Below, one piece after another: positions 12,447-25,780 of a DNA stretch of 64,000 bases. A model generated the notes under the pieces. That model ran no database searches. It worked only from the letters and a program-made list of their open reading frames with translations, and was not told the origin of the DNA. Origin of the DNA: the human T2T-CHM13v2.0 reference genome, Homo sapiens; assembly GCF_009914755.1 (NCBI RefSeq), contig NC_060939.1. The stretch is one strand, 5' to 3'. Numbering within the stretch: position 1 is the stretch's first letter; each line of letters opens with the position of its first letter. A program made the position numbers and the translations under genes.

Positions 12447-14869
12447 TTTTAAAATTTATTTTACTTTAATTTCCAGGATTCCTGTGCAGAACTTGCAGGT
12501 TTGTTACACAGGTATACGTGTACCTTGGTAGTTGGCTGCACCTATTGACCCAACCTCTAAGTTTCCTCCCCTCACCCCCCACCTGCCAACGGGCCCTAGT
12601 GTGTGTTGTCCCCTTCCTGTGTCTGTGTGTTCTCATTGTTCAACTCCAACTTATGAGTGAGAACATGCGGTCAAGTTTGGTTTTTCTCTTCCTGTGTTAA
12701 TTTGCTGAGGATGATGGCTTCCAGCTTCATCCATGTCCCTGCAAAGGACATGATCTCATTCCATTTAATTGCTGTATAGTATTCCATGGTGTACATGTAC
12801 CACATTTTCTTAATCCAGTCTATCACTGATAGGCCTTTTGGGTTGGTTCCATGACTTTGCCATTGTAAATAGTGCTGCAATAAACAGCTGTGTGACTGTA
12901 TCTTTATAGTAGAATGATTTATATTCTTTTGGGTATATACCCAGTAATGGGATTGCTAGGTCAAATGGTATTTCTGGTTCTAGATCCTTGAGGAATTGCC
13001 ATACTGTCTTCCACAATGGTTGAACTAATTTACATTCCCACCAACAGTGTAAAAGTGTTCCTATTCCTCCACAGCCTCGCCAGTATCTATTGTTTCTTGA
13101 CTTTTTAATAATCACCATTCTGGCTGTCATGAGATGATATGTCATTGTGGTTTTGATTTGTATTTCTCGAATGATCAGTGATGTTGAGCTTTTTTCATGT
13201 TTGTTGGCTGCGTAAATGCCTTCTTTTTAGAAGTGTCTGTTCCTATCCTTTGCCTACTTTTTGATGGGGTTGTTTGTCTTTTTCTTGTAAATTTGTTTAA
13301 GTTCCCTGTAGATTCTAGATATTAAATCTTTCTCCTATGGGTAGCTTGCAAAAATTTTCTCCCATTCTGTAGGCTGTCTGTTCACTCTGATGATAGTTTC
13401 TTTTGCTGTACAGGAACTCTTTAGTTTAATTAGATCCCATTTGTCAATTTTGGCTTTTGTTGCAATTGCTATTGGCGTTTTCATCATGAAGCCTTTGCCC
13501 ATGCCTATGTCCTGAATGGTATTGCCTAGGTTTTCTTCTAGGGTTTTTATGTTTTTGGGTTTTACATTTAAGTCTTTAATCCATCTTGAGTTAATTTTTG
13601 TATAAGATGTAAGGAAAGGGTCCAGTTTCAGTTTTCTGCATATGGCTAGCCAGTTTTACCAGCATCATTTATTGAATAGGAGATCTTTTCCTCATTGCTT
13701 GTTTTTCCAGGTTTGTCGAAGATCAGATGATTTTATATGTGTGGCATTATTTCTGAGGCCTCTGTGCTGTTTGATTGGTCTATATGTCTGTTTTTGTACC
13801 AATGCCATGCTGTTTTGGTTACTGTAGCCCTATAGTATAGTTTGAAGTCAGGTAGCATGATGCCTCCAGCTTTGTTTTTTGCTTAGAATTGTCTTGGCTA
13901 TATGAGGTCTTCTTTGACTCCCTATGAAATTTAAATTAGTTTTTTTTCTAATTCTGTGAAGAATGTCAATGGTAGTTTAATGGGAATAGCATTGAATCTA
14001 CAAATTACATTGGGCAGTATGGCCACTTTCATGATACTGATTCTTTTTATCCACGAGGATGGCATGTTTTTCCATTTGCTTATATCTTCTCTTATTTCCT
14101 TGAGCAGTGCTTTGTAGTTCTCCTTGAAGAGGTCCTTCACTTCCCTTGTGAGCTGTATTCCTATGTATTTTATTCTCTTTGCAATGATTGCGAATGGGAG
14201 TTCATTCATGATTTGGCTCTCTGCTCGTCTATTGTTGGCATAAAGGAATGCTTGGAATTTTTGCACATTGATTTTGTATCCTGGGACTTTGCTGAAGTTT
14301 AAGGAGTTTTTGGGCTGAGTTGATGGGATTTTCTAAATACAAAATCATGTCATCTGCAAAAAGAGACGATTTGACTTCATCTCTTCCTATTCAAATGCAG
14401 TTTACTTATTTCTCTTGCCTGATTGTCCTGTCCAGCATTTTTAATACTATGTTGAATAGGAGCAGTGAGAGAGAGCATCCTTTCTTGTACAGTTTTTCAA
14501 AGAGAATGCTTCCAGCTTTTGCCCATTTAATATGACACTGGCTATAGGTTTGACATAAATAGCTCTTATTATTTTAAGATATGTTCCATCAATACCTAGT
14601 TTATTGAGAGTGTTTAACATGAAGAGATGCTGAATTTTATCAATGGCCTTTCTGCATCTACTGAGATAATCATGTGGTTTTTGTCTTTGTTTCTGTTTAT
14701 GTGATGGATTACATCTATTGATTTGTGTATGTTGAACCAGCCTTGCATCCCAGGGATGAAGCCAACTTGATCATGGTGGATAAGTTTTTTGATGTGCTGC
14801 TGGATTAGGTTTTCTAATTTTTACTGAGGATTGTCTCACTGATGTTCATCAGGGATATTGGCCTGAAGT

Positions 14870-14915
<46 letters not shown>

Positions 14916-16801
14916 TTCCTGGTTTTATTATCAGGATGATGCTGGCTTCATAAAATGAGTTAGGAAGGAGTCCTTCCTTTTCAATTGTTTTGAATAGTTT
15001 CAGAAGGAATGGTACTAGCTTCTCTTTGTACCTCTGTTAAAATTCAGCTGTGAATCCATCTGGTCCTGGGCTTCTTTTGGTTGGTAGGCTGTTAATTACT
15101 GCCTCAATTTCTGAACTTGTTATTGGTCTATTCAGGGATTCGACTTCTTCCTGGTTTAGTCTTAGGAGGGTGCATGTGTCCAGGAATTTATCCATTTTCT
15201 AGATTTTTCTAGTTTATTTGCATAGAAGTGTTTATAGTACCTCTCAGCAGAAACTCTACAAGCCAGAGGAGATTGGGGACCAATATTCAACATTCTCAAA
15301 GAAAAACATTTTCAACCCAGAATTTCATATCCAGCTAAACTAAACTTCATAAGCGAATGAGAAGTAAAATCCTTTCCAGACAAGCAAATGCTGACAGATT
15401 TCATTACCACCAGACCTGCCTTGCAAGATTTCCTGAAAGAAGCACTAAATATGGAAAGGAAAAACCGGTACCAGCCACTGCAAAAACACACCAAAATATA
15501 AATGCCAATGGCACTATGAAAAAACTGCATCAACAAGTGTGCAAAATAACCAGATAAGCATCATGATGACTGGATCAAATTCACACATAACATTTCAATA
15601 CTAACCTTAAATGTAAATGGACTACATACCCCAGTTGAAAGACACAGATTGGAAAATTGGATAAAGAGCCAATACCCATCAGGTGTGCTGTGTTCAGGGG
15701 ACCCATCTCACATGCAAAGACACTCATAGGCTCAAAGTAAACGGATGAAGAAAAATTTACCAAGAAAATGAAAAGCAAAAAAAAAAAGCAGGAGTTGAAA
15801 TCCTAGTCTCTGACAAAACAGACTTTAAACCAACAAAGATCTAAAAAGATAAAGAAGAGCATTACATAATGGTAAAGGGAACAAAGCAGCAAGAAGAGCT
15901 ATCTATTCTAAATATATATGCACCCAATACAGGAGCACCAAGATTGATATAACAAGTTCTTACAGACCTACAAAGAGACCTAGACTCCCACACAATAATA
16001 GTGTGAGACTTTAACACCCCACTGTCAATATTAGACAGATCAATGAGACAGAAAATTAACAAGCATATTCAGGACTCCAACTCAGCTCTGGATCAAGAGA
16101 AACTAATAGACATCTACATAACTCACCACCCCAAATCAACAGAAAATATGTTCTTCTCAGTGCTACATGACACTTATTCTAAAATAAACCACATAATTAG
16201 AAGTAAAACACTCCTCAGCAAATGCAAAATAAGTGAAATCATAACAAACAGTCTCTCAGACCACAGTGCAATCAAATTAGAACTCAGGATTAACAAACTC
16301 ACTCAAAACCACACAATTACATGGAAATTGAACAACCTGCTCCTGAATGACTCCTGAGTAAATAATGAAATTAAGGCAGAAATCAAGAAGTTATTTGAAA
16401 CCAATGAGAACAAAGAGACAATGTACCAGAATCTCTGGGACACAGCTAAAGTGATGTTAAGAGGGAAATTTATAGCACTAAATGCCCACATCAGAAAGCT
16501 AGAGAGATCTCAAATTGACACCATAACATCACAATTAAAAGAGCTAGAGAGGCAAGAGCAAACTAATTCAAAAGCTAGCAGAAGACAAGAAATAACTAAG
16601 ATCAGAGCAGAATTGAAGGGGATACAGACATGAAAAACTCTCTAAAAAATCAATGAATCCAGGAGCTGTTTTTTTTTAAAAAAATTAACAAAATAGATAG
16701 ACTACTAGCCAGACTAATAAAGAAGAAAAGAGAGATGAATCAAATAGCAACAATAAAATATAGCAAAGGGGATATCACCACTGACCCCATAGAAATTGAA
16801 A
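12447..16801 (-). mobile_element. L1PA8A-like LINE-1, 5'-truncated with 5' inversion (12447-15239 minus: 3'UTR and ORF2 RT/C-terminus; 15240-16801 plus: ORF1 end, spacer, EN domain)
   Basis: ORF2 peptides on both strands: minus '[14 protein letters not shown]', plus 'LSDHSAIKLEL' and 'YQNLWDTAK'. 16-bp TSD ctacaa(t/a)aaatttct-type repeat at 12431-12446 and 16802-16817. Many stops, so inactive. Confidence 0.93.
14871..14914 (+). repeat. (GT)22 microsatellite
   Basis: Perfect GT dinucleotide run inside L1 ORF2. Confidence 0.97.
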
Positions 16802-16817
16802 CTACAAAAAAATTTCT

Positions 16818-17530
16818 ACGTATAATATCTGTTAGACAATCAAAATAAACACATCTATCATCTGTATGATTAGAAACTTTAAAAAGCAACAAATAAACAG
16901 AAAAACAGAGCTCTAGATATTGGATATAACATATATTTTAATTAAGATGTAAGCTGAGAATTTTGAAAGATAAATAGGAAAAATATAGAAGGGATCATAA
17001 CTGAAAGATAAAATAAATTCTAGAACTGAATAATACCAGATATAAAGTTAGGAACCCAGTAAATCAATTTAACAAGCTTATCTCTGTCACAATCATAAGA
17101 GAAAAAATCCTTAATAAAATACAAGAATATCAAATGCAACTATACATAAAAGGGATAACACATCATGAAGTATGTTGTATTCACAAGGTTGATTTAACCT
17201 TTGAAAATCAATCAATGTAATTCATACCATCCCCTTAACAAAACAAAGGAGAAAAACTATGATTCTTTCAATAAAGGCAGAAAAAGCACCAGATAAATTT
17301 CAACACCTGTTTACTGTAAAAAATCCCAACAAGCTAGGAATATAAGGAAATTTTCTTAATCAGGCAAAAAGTTCTACAAAAAATCCTACATTTAAAAAGT
17401 TCTACAAAAAATCCTACATTTAACAGCATACTAAGAATATATTTAACAATTTCCCCCTGATACAGGAACAAAACAAGAATGTTAACTAACTTGATTGGCT
17501 TTAGGTATTTTACTGGAAGTCTTGGTGAGC
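16818..17530 (+). mobile_element. Old L1M fragments (host of the L1PA insertion; probably also ~12050-12430)
   Basis: Degenerate ORF2-like 'aaaatccttaataaaatac...gaaaatcaatcaatgtaattcatacc'. Confidence 0.6.
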
Positions 17531-19825
17531 AGAAAAGTTATTCATCAGGATCAAGTGAGATTTATCTCTGGGATTCAAGGATGGTTCAACATGTATGCCA
17601 ATCAAAAAATGTAGTACACCACACTAATAAATGAAGAATAAAATTTACGCTATCATCTCAAAAAATTTAGAAAAGAACATTTCATACAATTCATCCTCCT
17701 TTCGTGAGAAAAATTTTCAAAAAATGAGGTGTAGGAGGAATGTACCTCAAGATAATAAAGGTCATATATGAGAAGCCCACAGTTAACATTATACTTAATG
17801 ATGAAAAGCTGGAAGCTTTTCCTCTAACACCAGGAAAAAGATATAGATTTCCAACTCATCACTTCAACATAGTACTGGAAGTCTGAGCCAGATAAATTAG
17901 GCAAGAAAAATAAATAAAAAGTATCCAAATGACAAAGGAAGAAGTAAAATTTGTTCTATTTGCAGATGATATGGTCTCAATAAAGAAAACCCTAAAGTCT
18001 ACACCAAAAACTGCTATAACTTATGAACAACTCTGTAAAGTTCCAGGATGAAAAATAAAAATGCAAAAATCAGTAGTGTTTCTACACACTAACAATAAAC
18101 TATCTAAATAAAAATTTTTTAAAAAAAATCTCATTTTCATTAGCCCCCAAAATACTTAAGAATAAATTTAATCAAGCAAGTGAGAGACTTGTACACTGAA
18201 AACTATAAAAGATTAATAAAGGAAATTAAAGGCACAAATAAATGGAAGATATTCAATGTTCATGGACTGGAAGAATTAATACTGTTATAATGCCTATACT
18301 ACCCCAAAGCAATCTACAGATGTAACCCCTATCAAAATTCCAATGATGTTTTTTGTAGAAATACAAAAACAATCCTAAAATTCCTAAGGAACCACAGAAG
18401 TCTCCAAACAGCCAAATTAGTCTTGAGCCAGAGGAACATAGATGGAGACATCACACTACCTGGTTTTAAAATATACTATAAAACTATTATGCTCAAAACA
18501 GCATGACACTGGCATAGAAACAGAAAATATACCAATGAAATAGAACATAGAGCCCAGAAATGAATACATGGAATTACAGGCAATTTATCTTCAACCAAAG
18601 TGCCAAGAACACATAATGGAGAAAGGACAATCTCTTCAATGAAAGGTATTGGGAAAACTGGATCTCCACTTTCAGAAGAATATAACTGGACCCTTATTTC
18701 ACAGCCTATGCAAAAATAAACTTAAAATGGATTAAAGACTTAAACATAAGATCTGAAAACTATTAGAAGAAAACACAGGGAAAAAAACTTCTTGACACTG
18801 ATTCGGGTAATGTTTAGTTTTGTGGGGTTTTTTTTTTGGATATCATATCAAAATCACAGACAAGAAAAGCAAAAGTAAATAGGATTGCATCAAACTATAA
18901 TGCTTCTGTACAGTAAAGAAAACAATCAACAGAAGGAAGAGACAACCTACAGAATGGAAGAAAATATTTGCAAACCATATATATGATAAGGGGTTAATAT
19001 CCAAAATACATAAAGAACACAAGTAAGTCAATAGCTAAAAAACAAATAATCTTTTTAAAAATGGGCAAAGGACCTCAATAGACATTTTTCCAAAGAAGAG
19101 AAACACATGGACAACAGCTGTAAGAAAAGGTGTTCAACATAATTAACTATAAGGGAAATGCAAATCAAAACTGCAATGAGATATTATCTCACATCTGTTA
19201 GAATGCCTATCATAAAAAAGACCAAAAATAAACTCCAAGAATTGTAGACAATGATATGTAGAAAAGGGAACTTTTGTATACTGTTAGTGAAAATATAAAT
19301 TAATATAGCCATTATGGAAAATAGTATGGATTTTCCTCAGAAAATTAGAAATAAAACTACCATATGATCTAGCAACCCTATTCCTGGGTATATCTCCAAA
19401 GAAATTGAAATCTATATTTTGAAGAGATGTCTGTGTTTATGTGCTCATTGAAGCAGTATTCACAATAGCCAAGATATGGAATCAATTGAAGTGTCTGTGG
19501 ACATATTAATGGACAAAGAAAATGTGGTATATTGTATACAGTGGAATATTATTCAGCTTTAAAAAGAAGAAAATCCTGTCATTTGTAACAATATGGATGA
19601 ACCTGGAGGACATTATGCTAAGTGAAATAAGCCAGGTGCAAAAAGACAAATACTGTATGATCTCACTTATAAGAGGACTCAAAAGTTGAACTCATAGAAG
19701 CAGAGCATAGAATGGTGGTTTCTAGGGACTGGAGGGGTGTGGGAAATGGAGAGATGTTGGTCAAAAGGTATAATGTTTTAGTTAGATGGGATAAATAAAT
19801 TCTGGAGATCTAACATGCAGTATGG

Positions 19826-20196
<371 letters not shown>

Positions 20197-20469
20197 ATGA
20201 ATATAATTAATAATACTGTATTATATACTTGAAATTTGCTAAGAGAGTAGATCTTAAGTGTTCTCAGCACCAAAAAAGATAATTAGTGAGGTGATGAATA
20301 TGTTAATTAGCTTAATTGTGGTAATTATTTCAAAATGTATACATATGTCAAAACATCACATTTTATACTGTAAATATATACAATTTTTAATCGTTAATTA
20401 TACCTCAATAAAGCTGGAAAAAGTAATAATGGCTCTTCTTGATGTTATCTCTCTCTAAAGATTACTAGG

Positions 20470-21257
20470 TCTTTTCTGAGAGGCAGAAAGACCTCTGGAA
20501 GAACAGAGTGATCCTAGGGAGGCATGGCTTTAGACTTCCTTAAATGCTGCTTCTCTTAGGATTTCTTTTTCTTACACCCAGAATATGATACTTATTCCTT
20601 TTGTGGGCCATTCCTCCTAGGACGTGACCTTTCTGGAGTCTCATCTGAAAGCCCAGGGTATTCATGAAAGTTCCTCCACCTTTGAAATGCTTGAGTACCA
20701 ACCTCTGTCTTTACAGCATAACAGATATGTTAAAATTTCCTCTCAGCCTTTTAATCTTCTAGATGTTATGTTCTATTGTGTTTTCTGTTGTTGTTTTTGG
20801 TTTGGTTTGGTTTGATGACTTTCCCTGTACACACACAATTTAAGTATTGGTCAAAGACTCATAGGAGTAGGCAGACAGATTTTGGAACTCCATCATTGCA
20901 TTGCCTTTCTGTCCAGGACTTGGCCTGTAAAATGCTAGAAGATCCGAACTCTGTCTTCTCAGCCAATTAATTCTGCCAATCTCCTTTCTCCAGCAACAAA
21001 GTTCTGAAAATGTCCTCAGAAGAAAAAGCTTAGATGAATATGAAGCTCACCTACTGTGCTTGCCTCCTCTTGAGGATCATAGACTGAAACTCTACCTGCA
21101 CTGGTTATGCTCCAGTGCCTTCCACTAGCTTTTTTATTTTCGTTTTTTACCTACTTTTTCCAGCTTTTATATTCCCACCTCCTACTACTCTTCCAAGACC
21201 CTCAATAGGAAAGTTAATCTGACATAGACTGTTATGTCATAGCTAGAACTCAAAGTC
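20470..21257 (-). mobile_element. Ancient L1ME/L1M5 5' region
   Basis: Ends 'ccagcttttat...gttaatctgacatagactgttatgtcatagctagaactcaaagtc', like antisense old-L1 5' ends. Confidence 0.4.
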
Positions 21258-23294
21258 CATTTGTTTTCTTTACATACGTAGTGTAAGAACCTTAGGGCTG
21301 AAGAAACACATCATCTGTTGCCTAATTCATTTCTCAGGTCACAGTTTCTGCTCAAAGTGTTTTTTGATTGCTTCATTTAAACTTGAATAAAAGGAAGAAA
21401 AAATGCAGACAACAGTTGTATGTGAAAATCACTTTGTGATAGTGAGAGAACTTCAGTTAAATCCAATATTTGGGTCGTGAGGAATTGATCCAGGCATTCC
21501 TTCAGGTAGTTGGATCCATGGGAATCATCCCTCAGTGAATTGTGATTCTCCGATGTCTGTGTTCCTTTCATAAGCAGTGTTGGGCAGCGATGATAATCCC
21601 TTTTGTCATTTTGACATTGTGAATTTGTAGAATATATATAGTAGAAATAGCATAAATATAGATCTACTTCTCTAAAGTGCTTTGGAAAATTTTATTCATA
21701 ACAGATGAGAAAACTTAGAATCAGAAAGGATAGAAAAGGTAGAGAATGGAGCCAACTTTCATGGAGTCTCTGCTGAGAATCATTACAGAATCATTGTCCA
21801 AGCTTCTGACACACAATATCTTTTTAATTTTCACAGAAATCCTAAGAGTAGATGTTTAGTAATTTTTGAAGAGACTAATTTTTTTATTCCAGTTTCTCAG
21901 GTAATAATGCAGAGGTCCTGGAACTTGAATGCATCTTCTAACTTATACTTCAGTGCAGATTCATATACAATACTAACTAGGCACAGTGACCATAGAGCAA
22001 GGCAGTCAAACACCTCCTCCATGTAAAATTTGAGAGGACTAGAAACAAAATGCACAACAATAACAAAACTGTTGATTAAAAGCAAATTTAAGAAGCTCTT
22101 TACAATGCATAGTCATTAGAAAAGAATTGACTATGTGTGTGCTTTGGAAAAACTCTCTCAAAGGTACACACATTATTCAAATGCTATACTCAAGTATTGC
22201 ATATAGAGCTTGGAGATTTCTTGGAGAAAGATACTATAAAACTAGAAAATATAAATCTGACACCACCTGCTGTCCAATATTTTTCTCATATGTTCTATGC
22301 TATTTAATGGGAAAGTGTTCTCATTTGACTTAGATCAGGGCTGTGAATTGCAGCAGAAACCTTCATTAGAACAACAGAAATAAAAAAATACATAAAAAAT
22401 TACAAGCTGTTTTAAAATATGTTCACAGAAGTCAGCTGGTCAAGGGATTTATTGCATTACAATACTGAGATTTTGGCCTTTGAACAAAACCATAACCAAC
22501 ATGAAAATGGGAAAATCTTTTACAGTGCATAAAAATGATTTTGCTAATTCCAGGTAATGGTATCAGTAAAGGTTGTGCTCTTTGCATGTGAAGCAGCATA
22601 AGGATCTTTGAATTTTTCACCTGTATTTTAACTGCAAAACTAGATCTTTATTAGGTTTGAATATGGAGGACTCTGGGGAGAGCTAGACAGAGAGATGAAA
22701 AAGTGTGTCACATTCTGGCCCTCAAGGCTGATTTGCTCCTCAGTGTGCTTAGTAAACATCACGATGGGAGAATCACCTTCTCTGGGGAATCCCAGACACA
22801 ATCAAGTCTGTAATTTCACCAGGTTAAGCAAGGAATCTTGACTTTTAGTAGAAAAAGTGTTTTTAAAAGCCATATTTTTCTTCTAAGGTTTAAGACTTTT
22901 CTGTTGAGATACATACTTCAAATCCTAAATTTGTTGACACTGAACTCCTTTGTGGAGCTGACTATACTTGCAAAAATCTAAGGCTATCATGTCTGTTCCA
23001 AATGAATGCAAAGTAAGCACAATAATCTAATAAAAAAAACTAAGATTTATAGTGTCTTCTTCAAATAAGTTGTAATTATCTAACACATTGCCTCATTTAT
23101 CACAACACATTCAAATAGAAAAAAAAGTTTTCTGAGGGAGAAAACAAATTCAAAAACATTCTTGCCAACACATTAAGTATTTATGTAAATTCTAACCTAC
23201 CACACTTTCTAGAACTTATCCTTTAAATATCAACAGTAATTAATGAAATACAACAGAGTGACTGGTAAGATGCTTCCAGTCTCATCTTTAAACA

Positions 23295-23620
23295 TTTGCT
23301 GGAGAGAGTTAAGAAAGTGGGATTGGGCAAAGAGAGAAAGCGAATCATGATCTATTCCCAGCAAAAGGTCCAGCCCATTCTTCATGGTTCTCCAGAGCCC
23401 AGAAAGCCCTTCAAGGTTTTTCTGACTTGGGGAAACAGGGAAGGGCTTATTCCTCTTGCATTGGATCAGTCATTAGATAGGGGTTGTCCCCAAGAAAGTG
23501 ATATAACCTTGAGTAGGGCTGTTCTTTTCAACCGAGGGCAAGTCCCAGAGAGAAGTTGAGCTGAGGTCTGTCAGCCGGCAACACTGCTGAAGCTGAGGGA
23601 GTGATTTCATCCTGGGCAGC
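23295..23620 (-). mobile_element. LTR33-like ERVL LTR
   Basis: 'gattgggcaaagagagaa...cagtcattagataggggttgtccc...gagggcaagtcccagag...ctgtcagccggcaacactgctgaagctgaggga'. Confidence 0.65.
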
Positions 23621-23789
23621 CCTCCCCTACCCATAGCCTTTGTTTCTCTCCAATAAACTACATGTACTATATCCTTGCCCCAGGATCTGCTTCTGAGGGA
23701 GCCCTCTCTGCAATAGTTATGTTGTAAAGTAGAAAGGATTCCCAAGATGTCTGCCATTAATCTCACTAGCATTACAGGAATGCAAAGAA

Positions 23790-24420
23790 ATTCAGTGGAA
23801 AGCACAGAAGCCTGGAGTCAAAAGAGCTGGGTTAGAGATGTCTCCATAGCTAAGTGCTTCAGCTTGAGTACAGCTGCTGATCTTTCTATCACTTTTCTTA
23901 TCTGTCAAACTAGGAATAACAGTAATTCATCTCAATCTATCTCATAGTTGTATTAAGCTATCAAATGAGATAAAATTTGGCAGAGCTTTTTGCATTACAT
24001 AGTGCTTACACATATTATTTAAACATAAAAAGCCATTACAGCAAACTCTATGAAACAAACTAGGTAGTTTTTAAAATAATTGGGTTGGATGAGTGCCTGA
24101 TAGAATTTCTATTTCCATCCTATAAAATATGGAGATAGTGAGAGACGTTCGACGTCTTTGTAGAAAATTTAGAAACAGAAAGCTCTGTAAGAATGAAAAT
24201 AAGATAAATTATGTTTGAATCTTAGCTCTACCACTTTAAAGCTGACCTTTAAATAAACCACTTAACTTCTTAATAGCTAAATATCCTCATTTATAAAGTG
24301 GTAAAATAATATTAAGTTGTTTATGTAAGATCCACTTTTACATATAAGAAGTGTTCAATTATTAATCATTAATTCATCAAATATTTATTGAGGACCTATG
24401 TGTGCCAATCATAGTACTAG
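23790..24420. mobile_element. MIR fragments and an L2 3' end
   Basis: 'cctggagtcaaaagagctgggtt', 'cctcatttataaagtgg', 'ttcatcaaatatttattgaggacctatgtgtgcca'. Confidence 0.6.
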
Positions 24421-24465
24421 CTGTCATTAGCTATTTTTGTTTTTAATCAATGATATTGTTACTAT

Positions 24466-25268
24466 TGATACAGGAGGGGGACAGGGAAGTGCTGGGTTCC
24501 CTGAGAGAAAGGCGAGTCCCTGGCTAGGGCTCCACCCCCACGAACGTAGGTGAGGACAGGCACTCCCGCTTTCACGCCCAAATGTTGCATTTCCCAAGAC
24601 CACCCTGGCCCACCAGGCCCCCATCCTGTGCTTATAAAAACCCCCGATACCCTAGCAGGCAGACAGAAGCAGGTTGACAGCGAGAGGAACACATGGGCGG
24701 AAGAAAACAAGCGGCTGGAAGTTGAGAGGATGTCAAGGGGGGCATGCCGGGGAAGAGCACACCACTAGATGCCGGCGGCCACGGACTGGCCGAATGAGGC
24801 GGAGTTTGTTTGGCTGGAGCCGTTGGAGGAGAGCCAGGACCGCCAAGCGGCCCAACTCCAGGGGAAAACCATCTCCTCTCTGGATCCCTCATTGGCTGAG
24901 AGCTGCTGCCACTCAATACAACTTTACACTCATTCTACAAGCCCATGTGTGATCCAATTCTTCCGGTACACCAAGGCAAGAACCCAGGATACAGAAAACC
25001 CTCTATCCTTGCGACAAGGTAGAGGTTCTAATTTAGCTGGTTAATACAAGCCACCTATAGACAGCAAACTAAAAGAGCACCCTGCAACACACACCCACTG
25101 GGGCTTCGGCTGTAAACATTCACCCTGAGACACTGCCGTGGGGTTGGAGCCCCACAGCCTGCCCATCTGTATGCTACCCTAGAGGTTTGAGCAGCGGGAC
25201 ACTGAAGAAGTGAGCCACACCCCCATCGCATGCCCTGTGAGGGGGACAAGGGAACCTTTCCTGTTTCA
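24466..25268 (+). mobile_element. LTR1-family ERV1 solo LTR
   Basis: 'tgatacaggaggggg'...'ctgtttca' termini, 4-bp TSD CTAT (24462-24465, 25269-25272), TATAAAA at 24633-24639, AATACA at 24915-24920. Confidence 0.9.
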
Positions 25269-25539
25269 CTATCATCTTTATTATTATGCTACATTAATCC
25301 AGAGAGGAAAAGGAAAATATTACACCATTACTTATCTCCTGGTGTCCCTTAAGCCTCCAATGCTTTAGCAGGTTATTTTCTGCAAAGAAGTTCTTAAATT
25401 TTATTCTAGTTGAGCCACAATATTACACGAAATTGAACAAAGTTTTCTGCTTATTCAATAATTAGTAATTGTTAAAACTGAAAAAAGTCACATTTATCTT
25501 CTGTTTGTTTTTCTGTTTTTTCTTAAATCTTGGGCAGTA

Positions 25540-25780
25540 GAGAAGGCGTAGTGAGAAGGCCTAAAGCCTGGAGTGAAATGATTTGATTTTATTTAAATCT
25601 TCTGCTGTGCAGCCTTGGAAAGGTTATTTCATCTCTCTCTGCTTCTGTTTATTTATCTGTGAAATGGGATAAAATACTAGTACCTACTTTCTAAAGTTGT
25701 TGTGGGGCTGAATGAGTTACTATGTACACTGTGATTAGAAGAGAGCATGGCTCGTAATCAGCACTCAACAACCGTTTCCT
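25540..25780 (+). mobile_element. MIR
   Basis: 'ccttggaaaggttatttcatctctctctgcttctgtttatttatctgtgaaatgggataaaatactagtacctac'. Confidence 0.7.

Noticed and set aside
12671-16633. ORFs with RT/endonuclease similarity (also at 18843, 34174 and 57412-58375)
   Set aside because: Fragmented L1 ORF1/ORF2 with many stops and frameshifts; no intact retrotransposon.
24761-24775. CTCF-like motif CCACTAGATGCC (and CCACTGGCGGGGGC near 27920)
   Set aside because: Mismatches at core positions; unsupported without ChIP data.
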